Assembly: GCA_965228875.1 (NCBI GenBank)
Contig: OZ245843.1
Span: forward strand, 124,001 to 188,000
Length of the DNA stretch: 64,000 bases
Reading direction: 5' to 3'
DNA from: Thalassobaculaceae bacterium
Lineage (GTDB): Bacteria > Pseudomonadota > Alphaproteobacteria > Thalassobaculales > Thalassobaculaceae
A model generated the notes under the pieces. The model was not told the origin of the DNA, ran no database searches, and saw only the letters and a list, made by a program, of their open reading frames with translations. Both the position numbers and the translations under genes were made by a program. Below are positions 18,717 to 27,415 of the stretch, in pieces (position 1 is the first letter of the stretch; every line of letters starts with the position of its first letter).

Positions 18717-19754
18717 ATGAGTGAGGCAAGCACCGTGGCAGTTCCCTGGCGAATTCGGCTTCGCGCATGGTGGGAAGGTTACGACCCGCTCGACTATGTC
18801 GAGTGGCAGGGTCGCGACTCCGAAGAGTCGGAACAGGACTACGCCCTGCCGCCCTCAATCGCTCTGCCTAAGACCATGAGCCTGGACGAGCTTATGGACG
18901 ACGGTCCCGCCACTCGGGACACCGCCGGCGAGGGGATCGACGACGCCTTCCTCGAGGAGGAGGAACCCGATCCGGTCTGGTCCCGGGCCAAGCTGGAGGT
19001 GTCGCAGCGCGTGTTCGGTCGCGGTTTCGTGGTACCGGGGGGGGCGGATCATGCGGTCGAGACCGTCCGTTCGCTCGGTCTCGACCCGGTGCAGTCCGTG
19101 CTCGATCTGTCGATGGGGCTCGGCGGTCCCGCGGCGGCGGTGGCCGAGAAGTACGGGGTGTGGATCACCGGCTACGAGCGCAACCGCGCGCTTCTGGAAA
19201 CGGCCGGGATCGTCCTGACCACGATCAAGGCCGGCGATCAGGTCCGCAGCAACCACCTGGATCCGGACACGCTGTACCTGCCGCGCAAGAAGTTCGACGT
19301 GGTGATCTCCAGCGAGAGCATGCACCGGATCCAGGACCGGATATCGCTGATCGGCAAGGTGCGCGGCGCGCTCAAGGACTGGGGACAGTTCCTGATGAGC
19401 GACTATGTCCTGGCGCAGGACGGCGAACCGTCGAAGCGCCTTCTCACCTGGCTGCAGAGCCGCGGCGAGCCGGTGACGCTCTGGACCCGCGAACAGTATG
19501 AGGTGGCGCTGGCCAACCAGGAGCTCGACATCCGAGTGATCCGGGACGAGTCCGAACTGCACGCCGAGATGATCCGCCAGGAGTTCGCCAACTTCGTGAC
19601 GACCCTGAACGCCAACAAATCTGTGACCGAGACGCCGGTCGGCCGGTCGGCGCTGATGGAGATCGCCGAGGACTGGTCGCGGCTCGCCGCCCTGCTGACC
19701 TCCGGCGAACTGCAACTCGTGCGGTTCCTGGCGTTGAAACCGGGCGAGGACTGA
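18717..19754 (+). CDS. Class I SAM-dependent methyltransferase-like protein with acidic N-terminal extension
   Basis: PGGA...VLDLSMGLGG (degenerate motif I), FDVVIS.ESMHRI, LKDWGQFLMSDY, resembling phosphoethanolamine N-methyltransferase-type folds. Confidence 0.75.
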   Translation: MSEASTVAVPWRIRLRAWWEGYDPLDYVEWQGRDSEESEQDYALPPSIALPKTMSLDELMDDGPATRDTAGEGIDDAFLEEEEPDPVWSRAKLEVSQRVFGRGFVVPGGADHAVETVRSLGLDPVQSVLDLSMGLGGPAAAVAEKYGVWITGYERNRALLETAGIVLTTIKAGDQVRSNHLDPDTLYLPRKKFDVVISSESMHRIQDRISLIGKVRGALKDWGQFLMSDYVLAQDGEPSKRLLTWLQSRGEPVTLWTREQYEVALANQELDIRVIRDESELHAEMIRQEFANFVTTLNANKSVTETPVGRSALMEIAEDWSRLAALLTSGELQLVRFLALKPGED

Positions 19755-19782
19755 CCGGCCCGGATCCAGGCCGATATCGCGG

Positions 19783-19811
19783 TTGACAGCCCCGAGGCTT
19801 GTCAGTAGGTT
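19783..19811 (+). promoter_or_regulatory. Sigma70 promoter of rpmJ
   Basis: TTGACA-N17-TAGGTT. Confidence 0.7.
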
Positions 19812-19850
19812 CCGCGCTCTTCGAAAATTGACGACCACCGGAGACGACCA

Positions 19851-19976
19851 ATGCGCGTCGCGAACTCGCTGAAGACGCTGAAGAAGCGCCATAAGGCCTG
19901 CCGGGTTATCCGCCGCAAGGGCCGTGTCTACGTGATCAACAAGTCCAACCCGCGCTTCAAGGCGCGCCAGGGCTGA
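19851..19976 (+). CDS. rpmJ: 50S ribosomal protein L36, zinc-free (type B); not in ORF track
   Basis: [48 protein letters not shown]. Confidence 0.97.
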   Translation: MRVANSLKTLKKRHKACRVIRRKGRVYVINKSNPRFKARQG

Positions 19977-20050
19977 ATCCAGCTGGCTGATCCAGGCCAG
20001 TCGGTCCCGCGGGACTGACCGGTCGGATCGGGCAGGGTCATACCGCTTCG

Positions 20051-20082
20051 AGGCGGCCGACGGAAACGTCGCGCCGCCTTTT
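20051..20082 (+). terminator. Rho-independent terminator after rpmJ
   Basis: aggcggccgacg gaaa cgtcgcgccgcc tttt. Confidence 0.7.
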
Positions 20083-20202
20083 CGCGTTGCGCCGTCATGT
20101 CGGTGTCCCTACCTCCCGCCTTCCGCCCGGCCGCGACTTGAATTTCCGGCCATATCCGGCAAGTTAGGCGCAAGACCCCATCAGGGGGCCGGGAGAGACG
20201 CC

Positions 20203-21690
20203 ATGCTGATGCCGGAGCCGGACCAGGACATCCTGGCACGCCGCTCGGAAATCGTCGCCGCCCTGCGCGCGATCGTCCCGGGCGAGGGGGTGATCGCCGA
20301 CGAGCGCGAGATGAAGCCCTACGAGAGCGACGCGCTCACCGCCTACAAGACCCTGCCGATGATCGTCGTGCTGCCGGAGACCGTCGAGCAGGTTGCCGCG
20401 ATCCTGAGGTACTGCCATGAGAACGGCGTCAAGGTGGTGCCGCGGGGCTCCGGCACGTCGCTGTCCGGCGGGGCGCTGCCGCTGGCCGACGGCGTGCTGC
20501 TCGGCCTCGGCAAGTTCAACCGCATTCTCGACATCGATTTCGACAACCGCACGGTGACCGCCCAGCCCGGCGTGACCAATCTCGGCATCACAACCGCCGT
20601 GCAGCACGAGGGCTTCTACTACGCCCCGGACCCGTCCTCGCAGATCGCCTGCTCGATCGGCGGCAACGTGGCGGAGAATTCGGGCGGTGTGCACTGCCTG
20701 AAATACGGCCTGACCACCAACAACATCCTCGGGCTCGAGATCGTCACCGTCGAGGGCGAGGTCATGCGCCTCGGGGGCAAGCATCTCGATTCCGAAGGCT
20801 ACGACCTGATGGGACTGTTGACCGGCTCGGAAGGGCTGCTGGCGGTGGTCACCGAAGTCACGGTGCGCATCCTGAAGAAGCCGGCCTCCCTGCGCGCCCT
20901 GCTGCTCGGCTTCCCGACCAGCGAGCAGGCGGGGGCCTGTGTCGCCGCCACCATCGCCGCCGGCATCATCCCCGGCGGCATGGAGATGATGGACAACCCG
21001 GCGATCAACGCCGCCGAGGATTTCGTGAATGCCGGCTACCCGCGCGACGCCGGCGCTCTGCTGATCGTCGAGCTGGACGGCCCGGAGGTCGAGGTCGACA
21101 CCCTGATCGAGCGGGTGCGGGAGATCGCCGAGGCCAACGGCTCCACCACGCTGCGGGTGTCCGAGAGCGAGGAGGAACGCAACGCCTTTTGGGCCGGGCG
21201 CAAGGCGGCGTTCCCGGCGGTCGGACGGATCTCGCCGGACTACATGTGCATGGACGGCACCATCCCGCGCCGCCAGCTCCCCGAAATTCTCACCCGCATG
21301 ACGCGGATGAGCGAGAAGTACGGCCTGCGCGTCGCCAACGTCTTCCATGCCGGCGACGGCAACCTGCACCCGCTGATTCTGTTCGACGCCAACCAACCGG
21401 GCGAGTTGGACCGGGCGGAGGCGTTCGGCGCCGATATCCTCAAGGCCTGCGTCGAGCTTGGCGGCGTGCTGACCGGCGAGCACGGGGTCGGGGTGGAGAA
21501 GCGGGACCTGATGCCGGAGATGTTCAGCGAGACCGACCTGAACCAGCAGATGCGCGTGAAATGCGCCTGGGACCCGAAGGGCCTGCTGAATCCGGGCAAG
21601 GTGTTCCCGACCCTGCACCGCTGCGCCGAACTCGGCCGCATGCACGTCCACCGGGGCCAGATGCCGTTCCCGGACATCCCCCGGTTCTGA
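20203..21690 (+). CDS. glcD: Glycolate oxidase subunit GlcD
   Basis: PRGSGTSLSGG, YAPDPSSQIACSIGGN, FHAGDGNLHP, TGEHGVGVEK; first gene of glcDEF. Confidence 0.95.
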   Translation: MLMPEPDQDILARRSEIVAALRAIVPGEGVIADEREMKPYESDALTAYKTLPMIVVLPETVEQVAAILRYCHENGVKVVPRGSGTSLSGGALPLADGVLLGLGKFNRILDIDFDNRTVTAQPGVTNLGITTAVQHEGFYYAPDPSSQIACSIGGNVAENSGGVHCLKYGLTTNNILGLEIVTVEGEVMRLGGKHLDSEGYDLMGLLTGSEGLLAVVTEVTVRILKKPASLRALLLGFPTSEQAGACVAATIAAGIIPGGMEMMDNPAINAAEDFVNAGYPRDAGALLIVELDGPEVEVDTLIERVREIAEANGSTTLRVSESEEERNAFWAGRKAAFPAVGRISPDYMCMDGTIPRRQLPEILTRMTRMSEKYGLRVANVFHAGDGNLHPLILFDANQPGELDRAEAFGADILKACVELGGVLTGEHGVGVEKRDLMPEMFSETDLNQQMRVKCAWDPKGLLNPGKVFPTLHRCAELGRMHVHRGQMPFPDIPRF

Positions 21691-21739
21691 GGGCAGGGGA
21701 TGACAAACAGTATGACGTTCCCCTCGCGGCGACGCTGCT

Positions 21740-21852
21740 CTGGGTCCCGGATACGCCTGTGGCGTTCCGGGAAGTCGCTTGGCGTGGCTTCGAGCATTAG
21801 ATCGACTTCCCGGAAGCCCGCGGACCCCGTCCGGGGGCTGTCCGGGACCCAG
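21740..21852. repeat. REP/BIME-like inverted pair (ctgggtcccgga...tccgggaagtcg / cgacttcccgga...tccgggacccag), copy A
   Basis: Two hairpin units in inverted orientation; related copies at 25207 and about 41665. Confidence 0.85.
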
Positions 21853-21872
21853 CCATACGCCGGAGCCTGCTG

Positions 21873-23096
21873 ATGGCCGACACCTTCAAGCCCGAGACCG
21901 TGGATCAGGTGCGCGACGCGGTCGCCTGGGCGGTCTCCGAGGAGACGCCGCTGGAGATCCTGACGCGCGCCACCAAGCGCGGACTCGGCCGGCCGATACA
22001 GACCGCGCACACGCTGGACCTGTCCGCCATGGCGGGCATCGGCCTGTACGAGGCGGAGGAGCTGATCTGCCAGGCCGGGCCGGGCACGCCGCTGGTCGAG
22101 ATCGAGGCCGCGCTGGCCGCCGAGAGCCAGCGCCTGGCCTTCGAGCCGATGGATCCCGGCGTCCTGCTGGGCACGGGCGAGGGGCGGCAGTCCATCGCCG
22201 GGGTCTTCGCCTGCAACCTCGCCGGACCGCGCCGGATCAAGGACGGGGCGGCGCGCGACCACCTGCTCGGCTTCACCGCCGTCACCGGGCGCGGCGACAT
22301 CGTCAAGTCCGGCGGCCGGGTGGTGAAGAACGTCACCGGCTACGACCTGTCCAAGCTGGTCTGCGGCTCCTGGGGAACGCTGGGCGTGCTGACCGACCTG
22401 ACCTTCAAGGTGCTGCCCGCGCCGGAGACCGAGACCACGGTCCTGCTCCACGGCCTCGACGACGCGGTGGCGGTGACGGCGATGAGTGCCGCCATGGGCT
22501 CGGCCCACGACGTGTCCTCGGCCGCCCACCTGCCGGCCGGGGTTTCGGCGGCGGGGGTCGGTGGAGCGGCGACAGCGCTGCGCGTCGAGGGCTTCGCGCC
22601 GTCGGTGGTCGCCCGTGTTGCCGCGCTGAAGGGCGAGCTCGCCGGGTTCGGCGCCGAGATCGCCACCCTGGACGGCGAGGAATCGCGGGAACTGTGGCGC
22701 GCCCTGCGCGACGCCCGCCCGCTGGCGGAACCGCGCGACAGAGCGGTGTGGAAACTGTCCATCGCGCCCATGGCCGGGCCCGAGGTGGTGGCGGCGATCC
22801 GCGGCTCGGTGCCGGAGGCGACGTGTTTCTACGACTGGGCCGGTGGTCTGGTCTGGCTCGCGGTGCCGCCCACGCCCGACGCCTCGGCGGCTGCCGTTCG
22901 AGGTGCGGTGGACGCTGTTGGTCGTGCAACTGGGGGCGGCCACGCGACGCTGATCCGCGCCGAGGCCGATGTCCGCGCCGCCATCGCCCCGTTCCACCCG
23001 CAGCCCGGCCCGGTCGCGGCCCTGGCGAAACGGGTGAAGGAGAGCTTCGATCCCAAAGGCGTGCTCAATCCGGGCCGCATGACGGCGGGGGTGTGA
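21873..23096 (+). CDS. glcE: Glycolate oxidase subunit GlcE
   Basis: GPRRIKDGAARDHLLG, GGRVVKNVTGYDLSKL, YDWAGGLVW, FDPKGVLNPGR. Confidence 0.95.
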   Translation: MADTFKPETVDQVRDAVAWAVSEETPLEILTRATKRGLGRPIQTAHTLDLSAMAGIGLYEAEELICQAGPGTPLVEIEAALAAESQRLAFEPMDPGVLLGTGEGRQSIAGVFACNLAGPRRIKDGAARDHLLGFTAVTGRGDIVKSGGRVVKNVTGYDLSKLVCGSWGTLGVLTDLTFKVLPAPETETTVLLHGLDDAVAVTAMSAAMGSAHDVSSAAHLPAGVSAAGVGGAATALRVEGFAPSVVARVAALKGELAGFGAEIATLDGEESRELWRALRDARPLAEPRDRAVWKLSIAPMAGPEVVAAIRGSVPEATCFYDWAGGLVWLAVPPTPDASAAAVRGAVDAVGRATGGGHATLIRAEADVRAAIAPFHPQPGPVAALAKRVKESFDPKGVLNPGRMTAGV

Positions 23097-23097
23097 G

Positions 23098-23853
23098 ATG
23101 AATGAAACTGACGCTGGGTTTGGTGATGTTGTGCCGACGCAGGAAGGCCGGCCAAAAAGAATAGCAATTGCTCTCACTGTAGTTGTTGTATTGGTTTTTT
23201 TTGAATCGATTTTTTCGTATTTTGGGCTTCTTGATTACATAGGGTTTGTTCCGAATACATTCGGAGACACTATTGCTGGATTTGGCACAATACTAGCGTT
23301 CGTCTGGCTTGTGGCGGGTTACGTTCTTCAGCAAAAAGAATTGCGTCTGAACACAATTGCAATAGGACGTCAGGCAAGAGAACTGGCGGCTTCTGTTTCT
23401 CAACTTGAGCAACAAAGCATTTCGTTGAGGGAGACCCAATTATTTACGAAAAGGGACGTGTCTCTAAAATTGATTGAAAAAAAAGAAAAAGAAATAATTA
23501 AATCAGCAGTGTGGTTTGTTCGAGATTCCAATAAATATGGAAATTATATAGAAAAACAGCATCAAAAATTTGGAGATTCTCTAGAGGATACCTGTTTGTA
23601 TATTTTCGTAAGGAAAATCTTTCATGAAGAAGAACCTCGGTCATGGGTCCAAGGTCAAATGGATAATAGAGAATTAAAAGTAATAATTCGAGCGTTTCAT
23701 GATGCTCAGAAATTCGCTCGCGATATGAATGACGATGGAAAAATTCTTCATGCGTTTGAAAACGGTATATCGGGTGATGTGTACAAGGAATGTTGCCGGT
23801 TTCTAGCCCTGAAATTGCAATTCGAGCAACGCAAGGACTACTATGCAGACTAA
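23098..23853 (+). CDS. AT-rich hypothetical membrane protein (2 TM + coiled coil) inserted in the glc operon
   Basis: 251-aa ORF with a sharp drop in GC; NTFGDTIAG...LAFVWLVAGYVLQQKELRLNT...QARELAASVSQ. Starts 1 nt after the glcE stop and overlaps the glcF start. Confidence 0.85.
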   Translation: MNETDAGFGDVVPTQEGRPKRIAIALTVVVVLVFFESIFSYFGLLDYIGFVPNTFGDTIAGFGTILAFVWLVAGYVLQQKELRLNTIAIGRQARELAASVSQLEQQSISLRETQLFTKRDVSLKLIEKKEKEIIKSAVWFVRDSNKYGNYIEKQHQKFGDSLEDTCLYIFVRKIFHEEEPRSWVQGQMDNRELKVIIRAFHDAQKFARDMNDDGKILHAFENGISGDVYKECCRFLALKLQFEQRKDYYAD

Positions 23854-25153
23854 CTTCACCCTAGCCCAGCTTGCCGATCCGGAGATCTCGGTCGCCAACG
23901 AGATCCTGCGCAAGTGCGTGCATTGCGGCTTCTGTACCGCGACCTGTCCGACCTACGCCCTGCTGGGCGACGAGCTCGACAGCCCGCGCGGGCGAATCTA
24001 CCTGATCAAAGACATGCTGGAGAACGACCGGCCGGCCGGCGAGCAGGAGGTCAAACATATCGACCGCTGCCTCTCGTGCCTGTCCTGCATGACCACCTGT
24101 CCGTCCGGCGTGCACTACATGCACCTGGTCGACCACGCCCGCACCCATATCGAACGGACTTTCCGGCGCCCGGCGCTGGACCGCTGGCTGCGGGCGCTCT
24201 TGTCCAATCTGATCCCGTACCCGTCCCGGTTCCGCGCCGCACTCGCCGGCGCCTGGTTCGCCCGTCCCTTTGCGCCGCTGGCCGGCAACCTGTTCGGCGG
24301 ACGGCTCAGGGCGATGCTGGAGCTGGCCCCGAAAGCCATCCCGCCGCGTTCGCCCATGGACCGGCCGGGGGTGTTCCCGGCGGAGGGCGAGAAACGCGGC
24401 CGGGTCGCCCTGCTGCTCGGCTGCGCCCAGCGGGTGCTGGAGCCGGCGATCAACGACGCCACCATCCGCCTGCTGACCCGCCATGGCGTCGAGGTGGTGG
24501 TGCCGCCGAGTGCCGGGTGCTGCGGCTCGCTCACCCACCACATGGGCCGCGAGGACGAGGCCCATGCCAGCGTGAAGGCCAATGTCGACGCCTGGTGGGC
24601 CGAGACGGCGGAAGGCGGGGGCGAAGGGTTGGACGCTGTGGTCATCAACGCGTCGGGCTGCGGCACCACGGTGAAGGATTACGGCTTCATGCTGCGCGAG
24701 GATGCCGCCTATGCCGAGAAGGCGGCGGCGGTGTCGGCGCTCACCCGCGACGTGACCGAATATCTCGCCACCCTGGACCTGCCGGCGGGCGAGGGGAGGG
24801 GGCTGACCGTCGCCTACCATTCCGCGTGTTCGATGCAGCACGGCCAGAAGATCAAGACCCTGCCCTCGGACCTGCTCACCAAGGCGGGCTTCACGGTCAA
24901 GTCGGTGCCGGAGGGTCACCTGTGCTGCGGCTCGGCCGGGACCTACAACATGATGCAACCGCAGATCGCGCGGAAGCTGCGGGACCGCAAGGTGGCGAAC
25001 ATCGAGAGTACCGAGCCGGACATCATCGCGACGGGCAATATCGGCTGCATGACCCAGATCGGCGGCGGCACCGAAATCCCGGTGGTGCACACGGTGCAGC
25101 TTCTCGACTGGGCCACCGGCGGCCCGGTTCCGGCGGGGCTCAACGCCCCCTGA
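23843..25153 (+). CDS. glcF: Glycolate oxidase iron-sulfur subunit GlcF
   Basis: CVHCGFCTATCPT, CLSCLSCMTTCPSGV, CCG domains. Confidence 0.96.
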   Translation: MQTNFTLAQLADPEISVANEILRKCVHCGFCTATCPTYALLGDELDSPRGRIYLIKDMLENDRPAGEQEVKHIDRCLSCLSCMTTCPSGVHYMHLVDHARTHIERTFRRPALDRWLRALLSNLIPYPSRFRAALAGAWFARPFAPLAGNLFGGRLRAMLELAPKAIPPRSPMDRPGVFPAEGEKRGRVALLLGCAQRVLEPAINDATIRLLTRHGVEVVVPPSAGCCGSLTHHMGREDEAHASVKANVDAWWAETAEGGGEGLDAVVINASGCGTTVKDYGFMLREDAAYAEKAAAVSALTRDVTEYLATLDLPAGEGRGLTVAYHSACSMQHGQKIKTLPSDLLTKAGFTVKSVPEGHLCCGSAGTYNMMQPQIARKLRDRKVANIESTEPDIIATGNIGCMTQIGGGTEIPVVHTVQLLDWATGGPVPAGLNAP

Positions 25154-25206
25154 TTGTCGCCCCGGGAGCGCGCCGGCGCCGCCCGTGACCCAGCCGCAGG
25201 TCCAGC

Positions 25207-25298
25207 CTGGGTCCCGGATAGCCTTTCAGGCTTCCGGGAAGTCGAAAAAGAGCACCCTTCCGATTTCCCGGAAGCCCGCAGGGCTGTCCGGGATCCAG
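25207..25298. repeat. REP/BIME-like inverted pair, copy B
   Basis: ctgggtcccggatagcc...ggcttccgggaagtcg ... cgatttcccggaagccc...gggctgtccgggatccag. Confidence 0.85.
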
Positions 25299-25362
25299 AG
25301 AGTCGGGTGAAGTGCGGCCCGGCCACCGTCCTATGGGCGTTACCGGCATGACATGGAGCAGG

Positions 25363-26073
25363 TCAGCCGGTGGGCCCCATCTCCCCGCCCGCCCCGAACA
25401 CCTCTTCGAACGCGCCCTTCAGGGCGGCGTCCACTTCCGGCATGCCGACGAGCACGCCGAGATCGACCAGGCTGGTCACCCCGTGGCCGGCGATGCCGCA
25501 GGGCACGATGCCGTCGAAATGGGACAGGTCGGGTTCGACGTTCAGGGCGATGCCGTGGAACGTCACCCAGCGCCGTACCCGCACGCCGATGGCGGCGATC
25601 TTGTCCTCGCGCAGGGGTTCGTTCCGGTCGGTGCGGCGAACCCAGATGCCGACCCGGCCGTCGCGCCGCTCGCCCTCGACGCCGAGCCGGCCGAGCGCGC
25701 GGATCAGCCATTCCTCCAGCGCGTGCACATAGGCGCGGACATCCTGGCGCCGGCGCTTGAGGTCGAGCATGATGTAGGCGACCCGCTGTCCCGGCCCGTG
25801 ATAGGTGAACTCGCCGCCACGCCCGGTGGGGTAGACGGGAAACCGGTCCGGCTGCAGCAGGTCGGACGCCTCGGCGCTGGTTCCCGCCGTGTAGAGCGGC
25901 GGATGTTCCAGCAGCCACACGGTCTCCGGCGCCTCTCCGCCATGGATGGCCGCGGCCAGCCGCTCCATCTCGGCGACGGCCGCCTCGTAGTCCACCTGGG
26001 CGTCGGAATGCCGCCAGTCGACCGCGCTCTGGAACACGCTGTCTGCCTGGGCCGAGAGGGAGGCGAGAGACAT
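25363..26073 (-). CDS. lipB: Lipoyl(octanoyl) transferase LipB
   Basis: [45 protein letters not shown]. Confidence 0.96.
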   Translation of the reverse strand: MSLASLSAQADSVFQSAVDWRHSDAQVDYEAAVAEMERLAAAIHGGEAPETVWLLEHPPLYTAGTSAEASDLLQPDRFPVYPTGRGGEFTYHGPGQRVAYIMLDLKRRRQDVRAYVHALEEWLIRALGRLGVEGERRDGRVGIWVRRTDRNEPLREDKIAAIGVRVRRWVTFHGIALNVEPDLSHFDGIVPCGIAGHGVTSLVDLGVLVGMPEVDAALKGAFEEVFGAGGEMGPTG

Positions 26074-26190
26074 TTATTGGGCGTCCGTATCCGGTTCCGT
26101 GCGCCGACCCGCGATCTCAGCTTGATTGGGCGGGCGGCTTTTGCTAATCCCTCACCCTCGCTGCGGGCCGGGGCTCGCAGCCAAGATAGT

Positions 26191-26277
26191 GCGGTCGTGG
26201 CGGAATTGGTAGACGCGCAGCGTTGAGGTCGCTGTCCGGTAACACGGGTGGAAGTTCGAGTCTTCTCGACCGCACCA
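26191..26277 (+). tRNA. tRNA-Leu (GAG)
   Basis: gcggtcg acceptor stem, D-loop tggtag, anticodon arm cagcg-ttGAGgt-cgctg, long variable arm, GTTCGAG T-loop, encoded CCA. Confidence 0.97.
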
Positions 26278-26334
26278 CATCTCTCCCCTAAGAAATGCGA
26301 TGAGTTCAGTCGGCGGGCCACCGGAGGGCGGGCG

Positions 26335-27378
26335 ATGCGGATCGGCGTTGTCGCCACGGACCTGCAGCGGATCGACGCCCGTACCGCCACCTCCGATCAT
26401 GCCAGTACCCGGCTGCGGGCGCTGATCCCGGCGGCGGCGCTGGCGCGGCGTGGCCACCGTCTTCTGCTCTGCTCCGACCGGGACCTGTACGAGGGGGCGG
26501 TCGACGCCCATCTGCCGGAACTCGACGTCCTCGTCGTACACAAGGTGCGCCTCGACCTCGCCGCGCGGCTCGACCTGGCGCGGGCTGCTGGCGTCGCCGT
26601 CGTCGTCGATCTGTGCGACCACGTCTTCCTGCATCCGGTGCTGTCCGCCTTCTATCCGGCCATGCTCGCCCGCGCCGATGTCGTGACGGCGGCGACCCCG
26701 GCGATGGCCGAGGTGGCGATGACGCACTTCGATCGTCCGGTCCGGGTGATCGCCGACGCCCTGGAGGGGCGGCGCGGCGATCCCGCGGCGGTGGATCCGG
26801 CCGCCCAGCCGCAACTGCTGTGGTTCGGACGGATGCAGAACGCCGAGGCGCTGGTCGCGGCGCTGCCGTCTCTCGCTCAGGCAGGGGCGGCGCGTCTGGA
26901 GATCGTCACGAACGCCGACGACGCTTTCGCCGCCCGAGTCGCCGCAACGGCACCCGACAGGCTATCGGTGCGGCTCACGCCCTGGACACCGGCCGCGGTC
27001 GAGGCGGGCCTCGCGGCATGCGATCTGGTCGTGCTCCCCACCGATCGCGGCCCGGCCCTCCAGGTGAAGTCGGCGAACCGGCTCGAGCGGGCGATCTGGG
27101 GCGGCCGCCCGGTGGTGGCGCGGCCGACGGCGGTGACGCGTCCGTGGGCCGATGCGGCCTTTCTCGACGAGGATCTGTCCGCCGGGCTCACCCGCGCGCT
27201 GGCGGCGCGCGCGTCGTGGCCGCAGCGTATCCGCCAGGCTCAGGAGCGGCTGCTGCGGACCCGCACCGGCGATGCCCTGGCGCCGGCGTGGGAGGACGCG
27301 GCCGAGGTTGCGCGCGAGGCGCGACATAGCGGTGGCAAATCGTCCTCCGCCCTTGGGACGCCACCCGCGCCCGTGTAA
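26335..27378 (+). CDS. Glycosyltransferase-like protein (GT-B/GT4-like)
   Basis: ASTRLRALIP, VVVDLCD, ADVVTAAT, LLWFG, CDLVVLP...KSANRL...GRPVVA; GGAGG RBS. Confidence 0.7.
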   Translation: MRIGVVATDLQRIDARTATSDHASTRLRALIPAAALARRGHRLLLCSDRDLYEGAVDAHLPELDVLVVHKVRLDLAARLDLARAAGVAVVVDLCDHVFLHPVLSAFYPAMLARADVVTAATPAMAEVAMTHFDRPVRVIADALEGRRGDPAAVDPAAQPQLLWFGRMQNAEALVAALPSLAQAGAARLEIVTNADDAFAARVAATAPDRLSVRLTPWTPAAVEAGLAACDLVVLPTDRGPALQVKSANRLERAIWGGRPVVARPTAVTRPWADAAFLDEDLSAGLTRALAARASWPQRIRQAQERLLRTRTGDALAPAWEDAAEVAREARHSGGKSSSALGTPPAPV

Positions 27379-27415
27379 GGTCAGCGGGCCGATCGCGACG
27401 CATGGGAGGACGGGA

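Noticed and set aside
26191..26277. Integrative element at tRNA-Leu
   Set aside because: No integrase and no repeat of the tRNA 3' end were found within the window.
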